This document shows positions 34,066 through 34,135 of a stretch of DNA of 34,135 nt, piece after piece. The DNA is taken from UHGV virus genome UHGV-0125140; one strand, 5' to 3'. The notes under the pieces were generated by a model. The model was not told the origin of the DNA, made no database searches, and saw nothing but the letters and a program-made list of their open reading frames with translations. Position numbers and translations under genes: made by a program. This DNA comes from a virus. Within the stretch, counting starts at the first letter, position 1; the number at the start of each line of letters is the position of its first letter.

Positions 34066-34135
34066 ACTTTAAGAAAATATAGAAACTATCAGAACATAGG
34101 ATTTAATACAAATCCCTATTTTATAAGTGTTGAAG

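Noticed and set aside
1-34135. CRISPR arrays, rRNA genes, IS elements or transposases, and known multi-gene defence systems (restriction-modification, CBASS, retron, Gabija and similar)
   Set aside because: There are no regularly spaced identical repeats of 25-40 bp, no transposase-like ORF, and no large NTPase or nuclease ORFs outside the phage modules. The only defence-related call is the orphan methyltransferase.

Overview
Nearly the whole window is one integrated temperate siphovirus-type prophage of about 33.9 kb in a low-GC Firmicute. Endolysin, holin and regulator types point to a Lactobacillales or Listeria-like host. It is bounded by an imperfect 19-20 bp direct repeat at 128-147 and 34047-34065 (GACCATACTTT(T)GACCATAC), with only about 125 bp and 70 bp of host flank. 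The gene order is canonical. On the minus strand: tyrosine integrase, two unknown 79-aa cargo genes, an ImmA-type metallopeptidase and an XRE/cI repressor. A divergent switch region follows, then on the plus strand: Cro-like protein, excisionase-like HTH protein, a frameshifted Rha antirepressor, a Gp157 / AAA_24 (Sak4-like) ATPase / HNH-like / replisome-organizer / SSB module, and about 5 kb of small early genes. That block includes an orphan DNA methyltransferase, YopX, a DUF3850 protein and an MmcB-like nuclease. Next is an ArpU-family late regulator, followed by an unusual ~0.8 kb non-coding leader that contains a tRNA-Trp. The late operon runs TerS, TerL (PBSX-type), portal, MuF-like head protein, scaffold, major capsid, connectors, major tail protein, Ig-like protein, G/T chaperones, tape measure, Dit, Tal and fibre/RBP candidates. 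It ends with XkdW- and XkdX-like proteins, a BhlA-family holin and an amidase_2 + SH3b endolysin that carries a Sec-type signal peptide. I see no CRISPR array, rRNA or IS element. Apart from the orphan methyltransferase I recognise no known defence system. Findings worth most follow-up: (i) a hidden -1-frame extension after the capsid gene that reproduces the C-terminal peptide of the tail protein, with synonymous third-position differences; (ii) three TTGGCGG repeats phased at 11 bp directly after the ArpU gene, a candidate late-promoter activator site; (iii) the structured leader with an embedded tRNA-Trp; (iv) the two unknown cargo genes beside the integrase; (v) a lysis cassette built around a secreted endolysin.
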